NCBI GenBank assembly: GCA_965644495.1
Contig: CBFFSA010000008.1
Location: 682,001 to 746,000, forward strand
Direction of reading: 5' to 3'
Length of the DNA: 64,000 nucleotides
From: Perkinsela sp. CCAP 1560/9
Taxonomy: Eukaryota > Protista > Euglenozoa: Kinetoplastea
Positions 19,454 to 30,600 of this stretch are shown here, one piece after another. The position numbers and the translations under genes are program-made. A model generated the notes under the pieces. It saw nothing but the letters and a program-made list of their open reading frames with translations, was not told the DNA's origin and did no database searches. Position 1 is the stretch's first letter. The number at the start of each line of letters is the position of its first letter.

Positions 19454-22413
19454 CATGGGTATCCGGCTGGCGTGGGCGCTTTGCGGGGCGATGCCTCGGA
19501 GGAAATTCTTCGCATTTGTGGTGCGGGATAGTGCACACACGGCCACTTGAGTTGAGAAGCTTGGTGCCAACCTTCGCGTTTATGTCGTCAATAGATGATA
19601 GAAAGCCTTCTACTTCGGATGGATCCCAAGAGTCCATGTCTGCTGCAAAAGCAACCGAGGAAACGTAGGCTGAGGTTGCGTGAAAGGATGCTGACCGTAA
19701 CCCGAATCCTCCGTGTTTTTTCAGGCGCTGAATTTGGGACCGTGCAGAGGGAGGCAAGGGGCATAAACATGACTCTACCGCGTGCATGAGAAAATCATCC
19801 AGACGCTCGCATAAAAGTGTAAGTGATTGTGGTGGGGCCGTGCGGAGAGCGTGGACCATTTTGCAGAACCCGGCGCATTGCCGAATAAGCGCCATTGAAA
19901 CCTGTGGGTCTTTGATTCTAGTTATAGCTTCTAACGCCGTTTCTGCTGGTTCAATGGCGTGCGTTGTCAGGTATTCGGAGCAATACTCTGGGGATCCAAT
20001 CGGACTTCCTAGAACGCTAAAGTCGCCACGTACGTTGATTTTGGTGTCCGGTATGTCGGGAAACAAATTTGTCACGTTAGCCGAGGCAGGGGAGGTAATG
20101 ATTTCACACTTCGACATGTTCAAGTGCAAGCCCCAGCGAGGGCCTACCCTGGCGATCGTGTCCAGTGCATTTCTGGTGTCTTGGGCCTTGCCTATGAGAA
20201 CCCCGTCGTCAAGGTACCATAATTGTAGGTCCAAGTCGGCCTGGTGATTGATTTCGTTTGCTAATTCCAGGGCGACCAGGGAGAAGAAAAGAGGTCCGAG
20301 GGGGTACCCTTGTTGGACACCTTCGTCCGATAGGAGCGTGTGGGTTCGGTAAGTCAATGCACTAGTGGTGGTATAGCACCAGCTTGCCCATGGGAATAAT
20401 TCTGGGAAGTGCTCGCTTACAAGCTTCAGGAAGGCGGTTCTGCTAACGTTGTTAAAGGCGTTTCTGAGGTCTACTTTGCAAAGAACAAAGTCAGGGTTAT
20501 CAGTGTGGATGGCCATGGCTTGTCGACAAGTGTGGATTATGCGTTCAGCTCCGACTGGTGTCGCCACTCCGAACTGTAGCCCTGCGAATATGCCGCTTGC
20601 CTTGGCTTTAACTACGTTGCACGCAGTTTTGCTGACCAATCGACGAATAGTTTCCCCCGCAGCTATGGGTCGGACGTCGTTTTCGCCCTTTTCTAAGGCG
20701 CAAAGTCTGGCTCCGGCGAAATACGGTTGAACCTCTAGAGGGGCTTTACCGGCTAGAAGGTGATTTACGAGGTTTGTAATAGCTTTGAGAGGTTTCGTAG
20801 TGTTGTCTACCTGCGCTAGGAGTGCCACTTGTAGGTGTTCTGGGCGTAGGCCCATGGTTCCGGCGGAGGAGCCTCGGTGAAAGCTTTTGATGGTTTTCGC
20901 GACTGTCGCTTCATCTACCTGTAAGGGCGCTGTTGGTGGGGGGGTGTAATCGATGGCGTCGCTGTCTGAAAGGCGGCACGGGTGTTTGTTCTGAAGCTTG
21001 ATATACGTTTCTTCGTCGTCAGGAGCCATTGGGTCAGCCGTGAGTGCTGCCATTCCTCTTGAGTACTCGCCTTGTCGAACCAGCAATTCTGACCGGATGG
21101 CAGCTTTTTCCTCCTCATCGTGAACTATGTTAGGGGTTGCGGATTGCTTTTTGAGGGCGTTGTTTACTGTATCATTCCACAAGGGTACGTAATCTTGCGC
21201 CAGCCATCGGTTCATGCACTTTTCGACGAATGATGCGTATGTTGTGTGATTCTTGCGTCCTCCTCGGTGCGGAGCTGGTAGGAGACACTTCGGGAGCATA
21301 GCGAATAACGTCCACGCGGCGGGGGAGTTTTCCTTGACTGCGTTTTCGGCCGTTTTTGTTAAGATTTCTCCCCAAAGATGACGGCATCGGGCGGGGACGT
21401 CTTTGCAAGTGCTCAATTGTGTCTGAGAAATAGAGGCCAACGAGGGAAGCTCGGGTTGATGCATCTGAGTTGTGGGGGGGTGGCTTTCGTCGCTTGGGTG
21501 TGACATGTGTGATGGGCTTTGAGGGGTTGTCATCTTTCCCTTGCAGGACTGTGGGTGTGTTTCCCTTTTATTGACATCGTAAGAGCGCCCGCATGCAGCA
21601 CACAGGAATCTACCTTCTGTAGCCCACCAGGCGGCAGGGATGCTGCTACCGTGACGACAGGCGACGTGGTTATAAAACGCTTGCCACGATACCCCGTGCG
21701 CCGGGCTCCGCCAAGTGCATCCCATCGCCGGGCATTCTCGGAATTCTTCTCTGTTTTGTGTAACTTCGGTGGCTGAGTCCTTGGCCTCAGCTAGGAGAGG
21801 TGAGGGAGGGTTTTTCTCTGTCGCCGGTATTCGTTTAGAATGCCTCGTGTCTGTCTTCGTGGGTCCTTTCGAGGGAGAAACGTTGTGTAGCAGACGGGGA
21901 GAGACGTCCTGTACTACGGCATTAAGCTTCAGTGTTTTGTCGGGGGTCCGAGATGCAGGTGCGTTCTCATGAGTTGTGCTCTGCCGTCTTACCCCACAGT
22001 GTTGCATTTCCTCGTTTTCTGCCTCAGTATGGCCCGTGTCTGGAGTTTCCCTCTCCTGTGCAATTTGGCGTGCGTGATCCATCCATTCCGCGGGAATATC
22101 CATGGGGATCGGCGTGGTATAAAGTTGCTCGTTGTATGTACTTGCAGTGGAGATCAAGTGTTTGTTCCCCTCAAACTGGTCCCAACTGCCGAGTCGGTGG
22201 GAACGCTCTTCATCGGTGAAAGTGCCTTCGCTGAGCTTACCTTCGTTTGTGTTAGTCAATATGTGGGGTGAAGGTGGATTTTTGTCTAGGCTTGCGCGAG
22301 ATCGAAGACTTTGATCGCTTTTCATGGGGAAGGACGCTAATCCCCGGGGAGTAACTAAAGAAAGGAAAGATAATTCAACAAGGTACAGAAACTGTATCTT
22401 TATCGTTAAAGTT
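19454..22413 (-). pseudogene. Duplicate of B1 lacking the RLE and 3' end (ATG at 22325, SL at 22376-22413)
   Basis: Protein essentially identical to 8717..12589 up to RQPDTH. Confidence 0.9.
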
Positions 22414-22905
22414 TTTTTTTTTTTTATATCGGATCCAATCTCCATGCGAAGCGATCATATACAGAAGTAACAAAAATGAAATTCAACTAGTAGTAGATAT
22501 TTCTGTTGGTGTTTCAATACTACATAAGAAGTGTACAAAAGCTATCACTATAAATTCCTTTTCGAAAGAATCGTAGATTGATATATCTTTTTGACTAGCC
22601 TATATTGCGTTAGTAGTTTTCCGAAAACGAAAGCGTCCTAAAATATATATATATCTTTCGGAAAACCCCAACAGAAATACTCTGATTTTTTTATGCTATA
22701 AAAAATCCATTTATACTAAATTATCTTTTTTATATCGGATCCAATCTCCATGCGAAGCGATCATATACAGAAGTAACAAAAATGAAATTCAACTAGTAGT
22801 AGATATTTCTGTTGGTGTTTCAATACTACATAAGAAGTGTACAAAAGCTATCACTATAAATTCCTTTTCGAAAGAATCGTAGATTGATATATCTTTTTGA
22901 CTAGC

Positions 22906-25900
22906 CTATATTGCGTTAGTAGTTTTCCGAAAACGAAAGCGTTCAACGCCACGTCTGTCGCCACCTTGAGAAGGGATGTCATCCAGCCTAATGCACCTGG
23001 AGGGCTTATCTGCTAGGTTTCTATCCGAGGGACACCACATAACTTCTGTAATGTACCCCTTCACTTTGAACCAAAAAAGCTTCTTAAGCCAACTCATCAC
23101 TTTTGGTGGGCCTGCCCGCCAACGCGTTAGCCATGAAACCACATTCTTGTTGTCGGAAATTAAAGTGCTATTCCGTAAGTTTTTTTGTCTAACTAAATTC
23201 ATCCCCTGCTCCGCGGCATACAATTCTTTATATGCAATCGATGAATCTTTCAACCAAAAGGGAAACCTTCCAGCCTTATATTTTAGGTCGCCGTGCTCTG
23301 TCCAAGCCAAACCCCACCCTTGATCAGAGGCATCCACAAAAATTTCAAAAGAAGCGACGCTTTTTTCGTTTACTTTTCGAGGGCGATTCTTCTCTACTGT
23401 GTCAATAAGCTCTACAAGATCTGCAATGAACGCCTTTGACATAAAACAGGGTTTGTCCCATAAAGATTGATCGAATGCTATCCTACGGGATCGACCCCGG
23501 ACCCACAACATGACGCCTAAGAACTGACATTGCTGGATACCTAGAATTCGTGTGGCCCAGAAAAGAGTACCCAGTACCTTCCAAATTAGGCGATGAGAGG
23601 GAAAGAAACGACGTCGCTGCAAACATTTAAATGCCTCGCGTAGTGCAGCTAACTTTTGAAGAAAAAGTACGGGGAGTGAAAGAGTTTTCTTCTGGAGATC
23701 CACGTGTACTCCCAATATTGTGCCGCTCACCGTTGGTTGTGTAGTTACCAATATTTCGGCACCAGCACGGTCGGCTCGCTGCTGAATGTTTTGCAAATCC
23801 CCCGTGAGAGTTTCCGTATCATTCGCAAAACTATAGCCGTTATCTATAAATGTCAAAATTCGCTGTTTTTCTATTCCCTGGTACAAGACATTTGTCGCGG
23901 CATGGCCTATTTTCACCGACGCCTGCCAACCCATCGGGAGCGTAGCCCATCCGTATGTTCGCCCTTTGACACGGACTGCGAAGTAAGGGAGCAGCTTTGG
24001 CGGCAAGACGAATTGATGGTACCAACTCTTGCCATCCGTTTCGCAAAAGAAATTGTATTTGGCTACCAAGGTCTCTATATCTTTCAAAGATGCAAGGTCT
24101 AGAGGGCCTGGTACCATCTCTTGCATAGAGTTTAGTGGAATCGCGTTTAAGATGACACGCATAGATTGCTTCTTCACTTTGGGTATCAAAAATGATGTCA
24201 TCCATACTCTTACTGCTCGTCGTGGAATACGCTTCAAAATACCTGCTTGGAGCATCTCGCGGAGCACGGGTCCTAATTTTTTTGATTCGCCCCGATAACG
24301 CAGATCACGGAACTTTTTCAACAATTGCATAAACTTTTCCGGATTAATAATATAATCAAACAGTTCTGCCTCTTCACTCATATCTTCTTCCTTAGCCATT
24401 CTGACTAACTCGGTCAGATTGATTCTGGCGGACGAGACGGCGTCCAGCGGCCAATCTCGTTCACAGGGACGGGTTCTCTCTCCACGCTGGATTCGTCGAT
24501 TGTCAGGGAAGTGTATATTGACGTAGGTGGGGTAGGCGACGAATTCATACAGTATTTCCCACGGAGAGGTGCTCGCACCGACAGGTGCGGCGACGCAGGC
24601 TCGCCCATTACGGTGCTGAGCCTCGTCTTCTTTAAGTGACGCGCGTTTAGCGCTGTCTGAACTTCGTACTGGTCCTCTAGCGATGTTCCCTCCCCCACTG
24701 CGTTCACGTAGTCCGCAAGTTCTTTCTCCATCGCTCGCTTCCTTTTTCTGGTTTGTAACGGGGCGGTTAAGTCGGCTTTCAGCGGGTCTACTAGGTATCT
24801 CGGGACCCGGGACTTCGGAGGACTTGCGTCCGTGATAGAACCCTTCGGAAGCATGTGAACTACTCCTCGAGAGAAATCTTTTCGACACCATGTGGGGTTT
24901 TCGCCTTCGCCCATTTCGCGTAGCACCTCGCGCTCTGTGGTCAGGTACGGATAAGGTAGCGTCTGTTGAGGGATATGCCGATGAGGAGTGTAATAAGGGG
25001 TGGGAAGGTGGTGAGAGTCGAATTTCTGAAGTCGAGAAACGGGAGTTCGTGGATGATCTTCGTCCATCGGGATGGGGGGTAGCATTGCTCCTGCCTCGCG
25101 TGGTTGTTGTTGTTGTTGTTGGAATGCCTCGAGTGGTGTGGGGAGGGATGGCGGGATTGATTCGCGAGGATCGGGAGTTTCTGAATGATCTTCCATCATC
25201 ACGGGGGTTAACAAAGGTTCTTCCTCGCGTGACGTGGGGAGGGACGGCGGGATCGTGTTTGTTGGCTCGGGAAACCGTGATTCGAGAGGTGTCTGCAGCC
25301 GATGACTCACGCCTGTTGGTACGGGGAGTATTGGTGGGTCTGTACGAGGGGTTCGGCTGGGGGAGAGCGGAGTGGAAATTACTCGTATGTTTTTTACACA
25401 GCTTGAAAAGCTTAGGCGTCTGGGGAGGCTCGCCCTCTGCAGGATTCCCCACCGATCTTTTGGTGTTGAGCAATTCGATTGAGTGACCACTCCCATCGTT
25501 TGATCGACGGATAGAATTGAGCTGGGTCCGTTCGTCGGTCTTACCTCTTTCCTCAATGACTCGGGAGTATTTTCCTGCTGTATTTGAATGCTTCCCGTCT
25601 CCACGATAGTTTCGAGCGGCAGGAGTGTCTCTTCGGCTGGTGTGAATCCTCTTTTCTCTGCCGACAGGGTAGTTCTTGGCTCGTCGAGATCTGGCTTTTC
25701 TTCTCTCCGGGATGTCGTGGCTTGATTGTGACAAATTTCCCGGGTCTGCGTCGTAGGATGCTCGAAAGGCACGGCTACGTATTGTCCTAGTTTTCGAGAC
25801 ACCTCTAATCCCGCTATCGCTCTTGGGTCTAGAAACGAGCCGAGATACGCCCGCAGGGAAGCTTCGGAAACGTGCCGAGTCAGTTGCTGTATCGCTACTG

Positions 25901-27099
25901 CATCTTCCCCAGCCGCCGCGAGATGCTGGAGCGCGCCGCGTCTGATGGAGTACAAGGTGTGTTTTTCTTTTAGAAGAGGGTGACGAGTAACAACTGGGAT
26001 TTTTCTCAATCGCTGATCGATTTGGTGTAGCTTCACCCCGGGGAATAATTGCTGTTCGTTTGCCTCTCGTCTCCGCCATATCTGATTCACCACAAGGTCG
26101 CTCCAAAATGCCGGAACGTACATTCTTACACAACGCGGACTTAAGCGTTCCGTGGTCGTGGTGTTTTTGCACATTTGGTACATCCATATACTTAATTGCA
26201 ATTCGTGGTTGTTCTCCATCATCGCTATATCGCATACTTTCTGGTTTATCAGGTCTCCTGGTCGCTGGCCCGAAAGCCAGTAGATTATCAGGAATGTTTT
26301 TTCCTCGTCGCAGAGCCCCGGTCCGGCGAGGAAACTCTTCAAACCGGCTAGATCCATGGGACACGCTCTTATTGCTGGACTCGCCCTCCGGTGCATCGCT
26401 CCTTTGAGGGCTTCTATTTTCTTTAATGGGAGCGGCGATCCTCGCAAAGCGTATTCGTTCCCCAAATGGCAAAGGTATTGAGAAACGGTTTGTCCCTTTA
26501 AACCTTCTGTTTCGTTCAGATGCACCGCAAATGCGGCTAGGTATATCTCCTCCTCGAGGTAATGTCCGTAGTCTCGGAGCCGCCCCACATAACTTTGATA
26601 CCGTCGCCATATGCGACGCATAATGTCCCTTGTTCCTTCCGCGAACTTCTCGCGAAAGACATTTTCGGCTTTCAAAACTTCTTGGCAGACTGTTTCTTCT
26701 GATAATTGCTGTATAACTATATTTTTTGGTATTTTTGTTTGTAATAATGACCCCTCTTTTGGGAAAGATCGGCCGGCGCCGAGGAAACTTTGCATTAGGT
26801 GCACTGTACGGTCTTCTCCCTCCCCGTACAGTTTGATGGGGCGTCCGGCCCCGGGGCCGAGTCACTGAGACCCGGCGATGTTGTGGCCGTTTCGGGAGGC
26901 CATTCCCCGTCCGCCTCGGGCGCGCCCTACGCCTCGGAAAGGTCCTCGAAAACGCTCTCCGTACCCGCGCCCTCCTCCGTTTTTTGCGTTCATAGCGGCT
27001 CCTTGCGCGATCGACATATTTTGGTAATACGACATGGTCGCCTCGTGCGCCTGGGTATATTGATCGTCCATCGGGGCGCTCCGCGCAGTTTCTTTCCAA
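22906..27099 (-). CDS. YR1 RT-RNase H; recognisable domains lie in ~22906-24400, and the N-part overlaps the YR ORF
   Basis: FLIPK..RVILN, TDGKSWYHQF, LPMGW, FIDN; RH motifs FVDAS, KELYA, SDN, NLADKPSR. Confidence 0.85.
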   Translation of the reverse strand: MERNCAERPDGRSIYPGARGDHVVLPKYVDRARSRYERKKRRRARVRRAFSRTFPRRRARPRRTGNGLPKRPQHRRVSVTRPRGRTPHQTVRGGRRPYSAPNAKFPRRRPIFPKRGVIITNKNTKKYSYTAIIRRNSLPRSFESRKCLSREVRGRNKGHYASHMATVSKLCGAAPRLRTLPRGGDIPSRICGASERNRRFKGTNRFSIPLPFGERIRFARIAAPIKENRSPQRSDAPEGESSNKSVSHGSSRFEEFPRRTGALRRGKNIPDNLLAFGPATRRPDKPESMRYSDDGEQPRIAIKYMDVPNVQKHHDHGTLKSALCKNVRSGILERPCGESDMAETRGKRTAIIPRGEATPNRSAIEKNPSCYSSPSSKRKTHLVLHQTRRAPASRGGWGRCSSDTATDSARFRSFPAGVSRLVSRPKSDSGIRGVSKTRTIRSRAFRASYDADPGNLSQSSHDIPERRKARSRRAKNYPVGREKRIHTSRRDTPAARNYRGDGKHSNTAGKYSRVIEERGKTDERTQLNSIRRSNDGSGHSIELLNTKRSVGNPAEGEPPQTPKLFKLCKKHTSNFHSALPQPNPSYRPTNTPRTNRRESSAADTSRITVSRANKHDPAVPPHVTRGRTFVNPRDDGRSFRNSRSSRINPAIPPHTTRGIPTTTTTTTRGRSNATPHPDGRRSSTNSRFSTSEIRLSPPSHPLLHSSSAYPSTDATLSVPDHRARGATRNGRRRKPHMVSKRFLSRSSSHASEGFYHGRKSSEVPGPEIPSRPAESRLNRPVTNQKKEASDGERTCGLRERSGGGNIARGPVRSSDSAKRASLKEDEAQHRNGRACVAAPVGASTSPWEILYEFVAYPTYVNIHFPDNRRIQRGERTRPCERDWPLDAVSSARINLTELVRMAKEEDMSEEAELFDYIINPEKFMQLLKKFRDLRYRGESKKLGPVLREMLQAGILKRIPRRAVRVWMTSFLIPKVKKQSMRVILNAIPLNSMQEMVPGPLDLASLKDIETLVAKYNFFCETDGKSWYHQFVLPPKLLPYFAVRVKGRTYGWATLPMGWQASVKIGHAATNVLYQGIEKQRILTFIDNGYSFANDTETLTGDLQNIQQRADRAGAEILVTTQPTVSGTILGVHVDLQKKTLSLPVLFLQKLAALREAFKCLQRRRFFPSHRLIWKVLGTLFWATRILGIQQCQFLGVMLWVRGRSRRIAFDQSLWDKPCFMSKAFIADLVELIDTVEKNRPRKVNEKSVASFEIFVDASDQGWGLAWTEHGDLKYKAGRFPFWLKDSSIAYKELYAAEQGMNLVRQKNLRNSTLISDNKNVVSWLTRWRAGPPKVMSWLKKLFWFKVKGYITEVMWCPSDRNLADKPSRCIRLDDIPSQGGDRRGVERFRFRKTTNAI
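24414..26804 (-). CDS. YR1 tyrosine recombinase with a long low-complexity C-terminal extension
   Basis: WLSGQRPGDL (R), YSIRRGA, LTRH (H), LRAYL (Y). Confidence 0.85.
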   Translation of the reverse strand: MHLMQSFLGAGRSFPKEGSLLQTKIPKNIVIQQLSEETVCQEVLKAENVFREKFAEGTRDIMRRIWRRYQSYVGRLRDYGHYLEEEIYLAAFAVHLNETEGLKGQTVSQYLCHLGNEYALRGSPLPLKKIEALKGAMHRRASPAIRACPMDLAGLKSFLAGPGLCDEEKTFLIIYWLSGQRPGDLINQKVCDIAMMENNHELQLSIWMYQMCKNTTTTERLSPRCVRMYVPAFWSDLVVNQIWRRREANEQQLFPGVKLHQIDQRLRKIPVVTRHPLLKEKHTLYSIRRGALQHLAAAGEDAVAIQQLTRHVSEASLRAYLGSFLDPRAIAGLEVSRKLGQYVAVPFEHPTTQTREICHNQATTSRREEKPDLDEPRTTLSAEKRGFTPAEETLLPLETIVETGSIQIQQENTPESLRKEVRPTNGPSSILSVDQTMGVVTQSNCSTPKDRWGILQRASLPRRLSFSSCVKNIRVISTPLSPSRTPRTDPPILPVPTGVSHRLQTPLESRFPEPTNTIPPSLPTSREEEPLLTPVMMEDHSETPDPRESIPPSLPTPLEAFQQQQQQPREAGAMLPPIPMDEDHPRTPVSRLQKFDSHHLPTPYYTPHRHIPQQTLPYPYLTTEREVLREMGEGENPTWCRKDFSRGVVHMLPKGSITDASPPKSRVPRYLVDPLKADLTAPLQTRKRKRAMEKELADYVNAVGEGTSLEDQYEVQTALNARHLKKTRLSTVMGEPASPHLSVRAPLRGKYCMNSSPTPPTSIYTSLTIDESSVEREPVPVNEIGRWTPSRPPESI

Positions 27100-27647
27100 T
27101 AGCGGCCGTATTCTCGACCAAACTTATGTTTGTAACGAAGATAGTGCAAATTCTCAAACGCGGGCTCCACTGAAACCATCGAAAACGGACGTCCTGCTCG
27201 CGCGTGCAACCCGCAATCTTGGAGGTGTTTCGAGATCGTGTCGAGACTTTCTCTCAAACTTATGGCATCCCCCGCAACCGCACCAGGATCTTTTGAGTTT
27301 CCAAATTGTTTGCGAATTTCATGCTCCAATCGTCCAATTAAATTGTCCCGGTATAGATCACTGCAGAAATGTCGGTATTCCCATTCTTTTGGGCGGAAAA
27401 GCTTTTCGTGGGGGAGGTCATGGGCCGCAGGATCATACCCGCCCGGCGCCGACACACTCTTTGCTGCCATTCCCAGAGCTTCCCGAATTTGCGCGGATTG
27501 CCGCTCCACCGTAGCTTCCAACATACCGATGCGCTCTTGATCAATCTTCGTTGACGCCATGAGTTCCTCCATACGCTGCATCATTCTGGTATTATCCCCC
27601 AACTGCTGGATCACATCTCTCGGAGAGGGTGGCTGACCTTCGGCCAT
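26862..27647 (-). CDS. YR1 gag-like protein (coiled-coil N-terminus, RGG-rich C-terminus)
   Basis: First ORF after A1; GGGRGYGERFRGPFRGVGRARGGRG; no zinc knuckle. Confidence 0.65.
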   Translation of the reverse strand: MAEGQPPSPRDVIQQLGDNTRMMQRMEELMASTKIDQERIGMLEATVERQSAQIREALGMAAKSVSAPGGYDPAAHDLPHEKLFRPKEWEYRHFCSDLYRDNLIGRLEHEIRKQFGNSKDPGAVAGDAISLRESLDTISKHLQDCGLHARAGRPFSMVSVEPAFENLHYLRYKHKFGREYGRYWKETARSAPMDDQYTQAHEATMSYYQNMSIAQGAAMNAKNGGGRGYGERFRGPFRGVGRARGGRGMASRNGHNIAGSQ

Positions 27648-30600
27648 GGGAATGGACGATTAGTTAGTAGTTTTCCGAAAACGAAAGCGTTCTAAAATAT
27701 ATATATATCTTTCGGAAAACCCCAACAGAAATACTCTGATTTTTTTATGCTATAAAAAATCCATTTATACTAAATTATCTTTTTTTTTTTTCTTTTCTTT
27801 ATTTTTTTGAAACTATCCGTAGAAACCAATTTGAACAAACTAATAATACTATAACATTCACTGTCGTTTTTTTTTTCCGTTCCTTTAGATATTATGTATA
27901 TAATAATACATATAGGCATTGAAAAAAACGAAACTATGTTGATACATTTGGCTCAAATGCTGTACCTGCTGCTGCCTTCCGGGGATAAGTGGTTCCGCAA
28001 CTGGGCGTACACTTCCGTCCCATTCAGTTCCTGAAGTAGGAGCTTGAACTCCATTTCAGTTGCTCGACGATTTAAGAGTGCCGCGTCGGATAGGACATGC
28101 AACAGAGATCTCGTATTTTGATGAAGAGAGCCGCAGGACAGCACTGGGATGCACTGAAATGCGAAGTCGGGAATTTTTCCGGATGTCACATATGTATCCC
28201 GTTTCCGCTTGATTGCATCTGTAAGAAGCTGGGAGCAAGATTTCGCTTGATTGGAGTTCGATAGCTCGTGCACCACAGTTAGATCATAAAATATTTCCCC
28301 GGTTGACCAATATATCACCAAATCAGGCCCTGAGCGAAACAGCTGACGTCCGGCACATGTTTTGTCATGAATCATTTTGTTGCTTGGAAACACTTTATTC
28401 TTGCAAATTCCGCATTGCCAAGTCGAAAAAGATCGCGGTTCTTTCTCGCATTGTATACCGGCCTTTTGTGCCAAATCGAAGATATACTTAACCAGCCGAT
28501 TGTGCTTCATTGTGGCATTAAGCCCTGTACATTGGACGCATCCGGGGATGTGCTGCAAAGCTGTTTTGTTGTCGAGTAACATACGACAGCCGGGGCACAG
28601 CAGCGATTTCGGGAGTCGAGGATGAGGCATCCCAAGGCGTGTCATGATTGCAATCTGAAATGCACGCGTGGGTACAAATTTAGCATTAGACTGTAACCAG
28701 TCATAGCTTCCTTTCCGTGTGGTGGCATTTAATATTGTGGCTAGCTTGGGATCGTGATCCTTTAAAGCCTCGTATGCTTTCTGGTGCAATTGCGCGGCTG
28801 TTGTTACTTCATCGATTGGGGCGACCACTGCTGTTTGACTCATTCCATTATCCATGATAGCGGATACGTTACTCACATTGCCCGCCCGAGCAGAAATTGA
28901 GTTTTTGCGCTCTAGAGCTAGGTAACGAGAAGTTTCGTATGACGCCGCACGAATACTATGACATGATGTCAGACCGAGGCCTCCTTTCTTTAGCGGCAGC
29001 CGAGCCAATTCGATTTGCTCTTTGGTCATTTCTCCCAACCACTGGTGCAGCACTTTTTCGACGTTGTTGTCGAAACTGAGAGAGACCGCGTCGGTTAACG
29101 TTGGCTCGTGCACTCTTATGGCGTATTGATGCCTCACATTCATGCTTTTGGAAAGTAGCAAAAGTGAGACATTGTTGGCGCCCATAAGTTTTAATCGGCG
29201 AAAGGCTTCGGTATTCCTGACAAGCTGCTGAAACAAACCCGACTTTACAGATTCATCTTCTCCAAGGTGTGCCCCAAGGATCTTTATAGAATCGTACGCA
29301 GCCTTGACCCCTTCATTTGCAAGCTGTTCTGGAATCGGGATTTTTTCCTGTCCACCGAACCACACGCATTTTCCAGGAGCAAGTTCAATGTTGTGAGCAT
29401 TCACCATTTCTTGGAGCCTTACAAATGCTTTGGCCAATGATTGTGAGTTTTTCGAAGCCATGTTCACGTCATCAATAAATGCATATATTTCGATGTCGGG
29501 AAACTCTTGTTTCAGAATCTCCAATAGTGGCTGCAGGAAGGCGCAGTAGTATAGAGATGCCAGCGGGGAACCTTGCCGCAAACCACATGTGCTGGGAATG
29601 ACTCCGAATAGCGTTCCATCGGATCCGTAATACAGTAGCTCTGAGGGTTGGCCGTATTCAGCGTGAAAGATCCGTTGAAACGGGCGTAGTGTACCACAAG
29701 CAAATACGTGTTTGGCGATATCCGCCCTATTCGGGGAGTTGAAGGCGTTTTTGGCGTCAATGGAAAGAATGACGTGTCCAGACTTAAAACGCTCATGCAG
29801 TCTATGAACGATTTTTTCGCATCCTGCCTTTGACGAAACGCCGTGTTGCAGTGGTGCAAAAAGAGGGCCCAAAGTGTGTTCGTAGCGCTGGAGCAATATA
29901 ACGCCGGCAAGCTTCATAAATATCTCGCCCATTGCCACTGGTCTGACTCCTCCGTTGGATTTAGGAATGGCTACGAGCCGTGCTCGGTTTAATCGAAACA
30001 AAACGCTGTGATCCACGAATCCGTTGATTAGATCCGATATCATATGGGCAAGATTAGTGCATGAGATCTCATCATCGAGCATGAGTTGCACAATCCCGTC
30101 TGTCATTCCAGTTGGGCCAGGGTTTACGCCTTTTGCGAGTCGCTTCCCTGCTTTCCGTAGCTCCTCCGTCATTATCCCGCTAATTATCGGCGCATCCTCC
30201 GGCAAAGAAATTTCGTATTGTCTTTGCGGATGTAAGGCGGCAAGCTTGTCAAGGGTCTCTTCATCCGTTAGTTGCTTTGGTGTAAAGGTCTGATCCAAGA
30301 CCTTGGCCGCCTTGGAAGTACATCCATCCAATACTAGCCTTGTCGCTCGTTTGATGGCTCGTGTATCGCTCAGTGTCTCCTCTTTTCGCTCACCGTCATC
30401 GGGCTCCCGTAACGGGCGCCGTCTTCGCCTTTTTCCACTGTTTTCTCGAACAGTCGCTAGGGATAACTTAATGGCTGATAGCAAACGGTGCCATATTTTT
30501 GTTCTTTGCGTGTGATCGGAATTTATATACTCCTGGACGATGTTCCTCAGCACCACGACAACACACGGAGCGAGGTCAGGGCTTATTGAACGTAGCGTGG

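Larger units (their letters stand above)
22420..27785 (-). mobile_element. YR retrotransposon YR1 (VIPER/TATE/Ngaro-like), apparently intact
   Basis: Split direct repeats A1 ~27664-27779, B1 ~22726-22943, A2 ~22610-22725, B2 ~22420-22637. Gene order gag-YR-RT/RH. Inserted in a poly(T) tract matching the circle junction TTATC-TTTTTT-ATATC. Confidence 0.9.
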
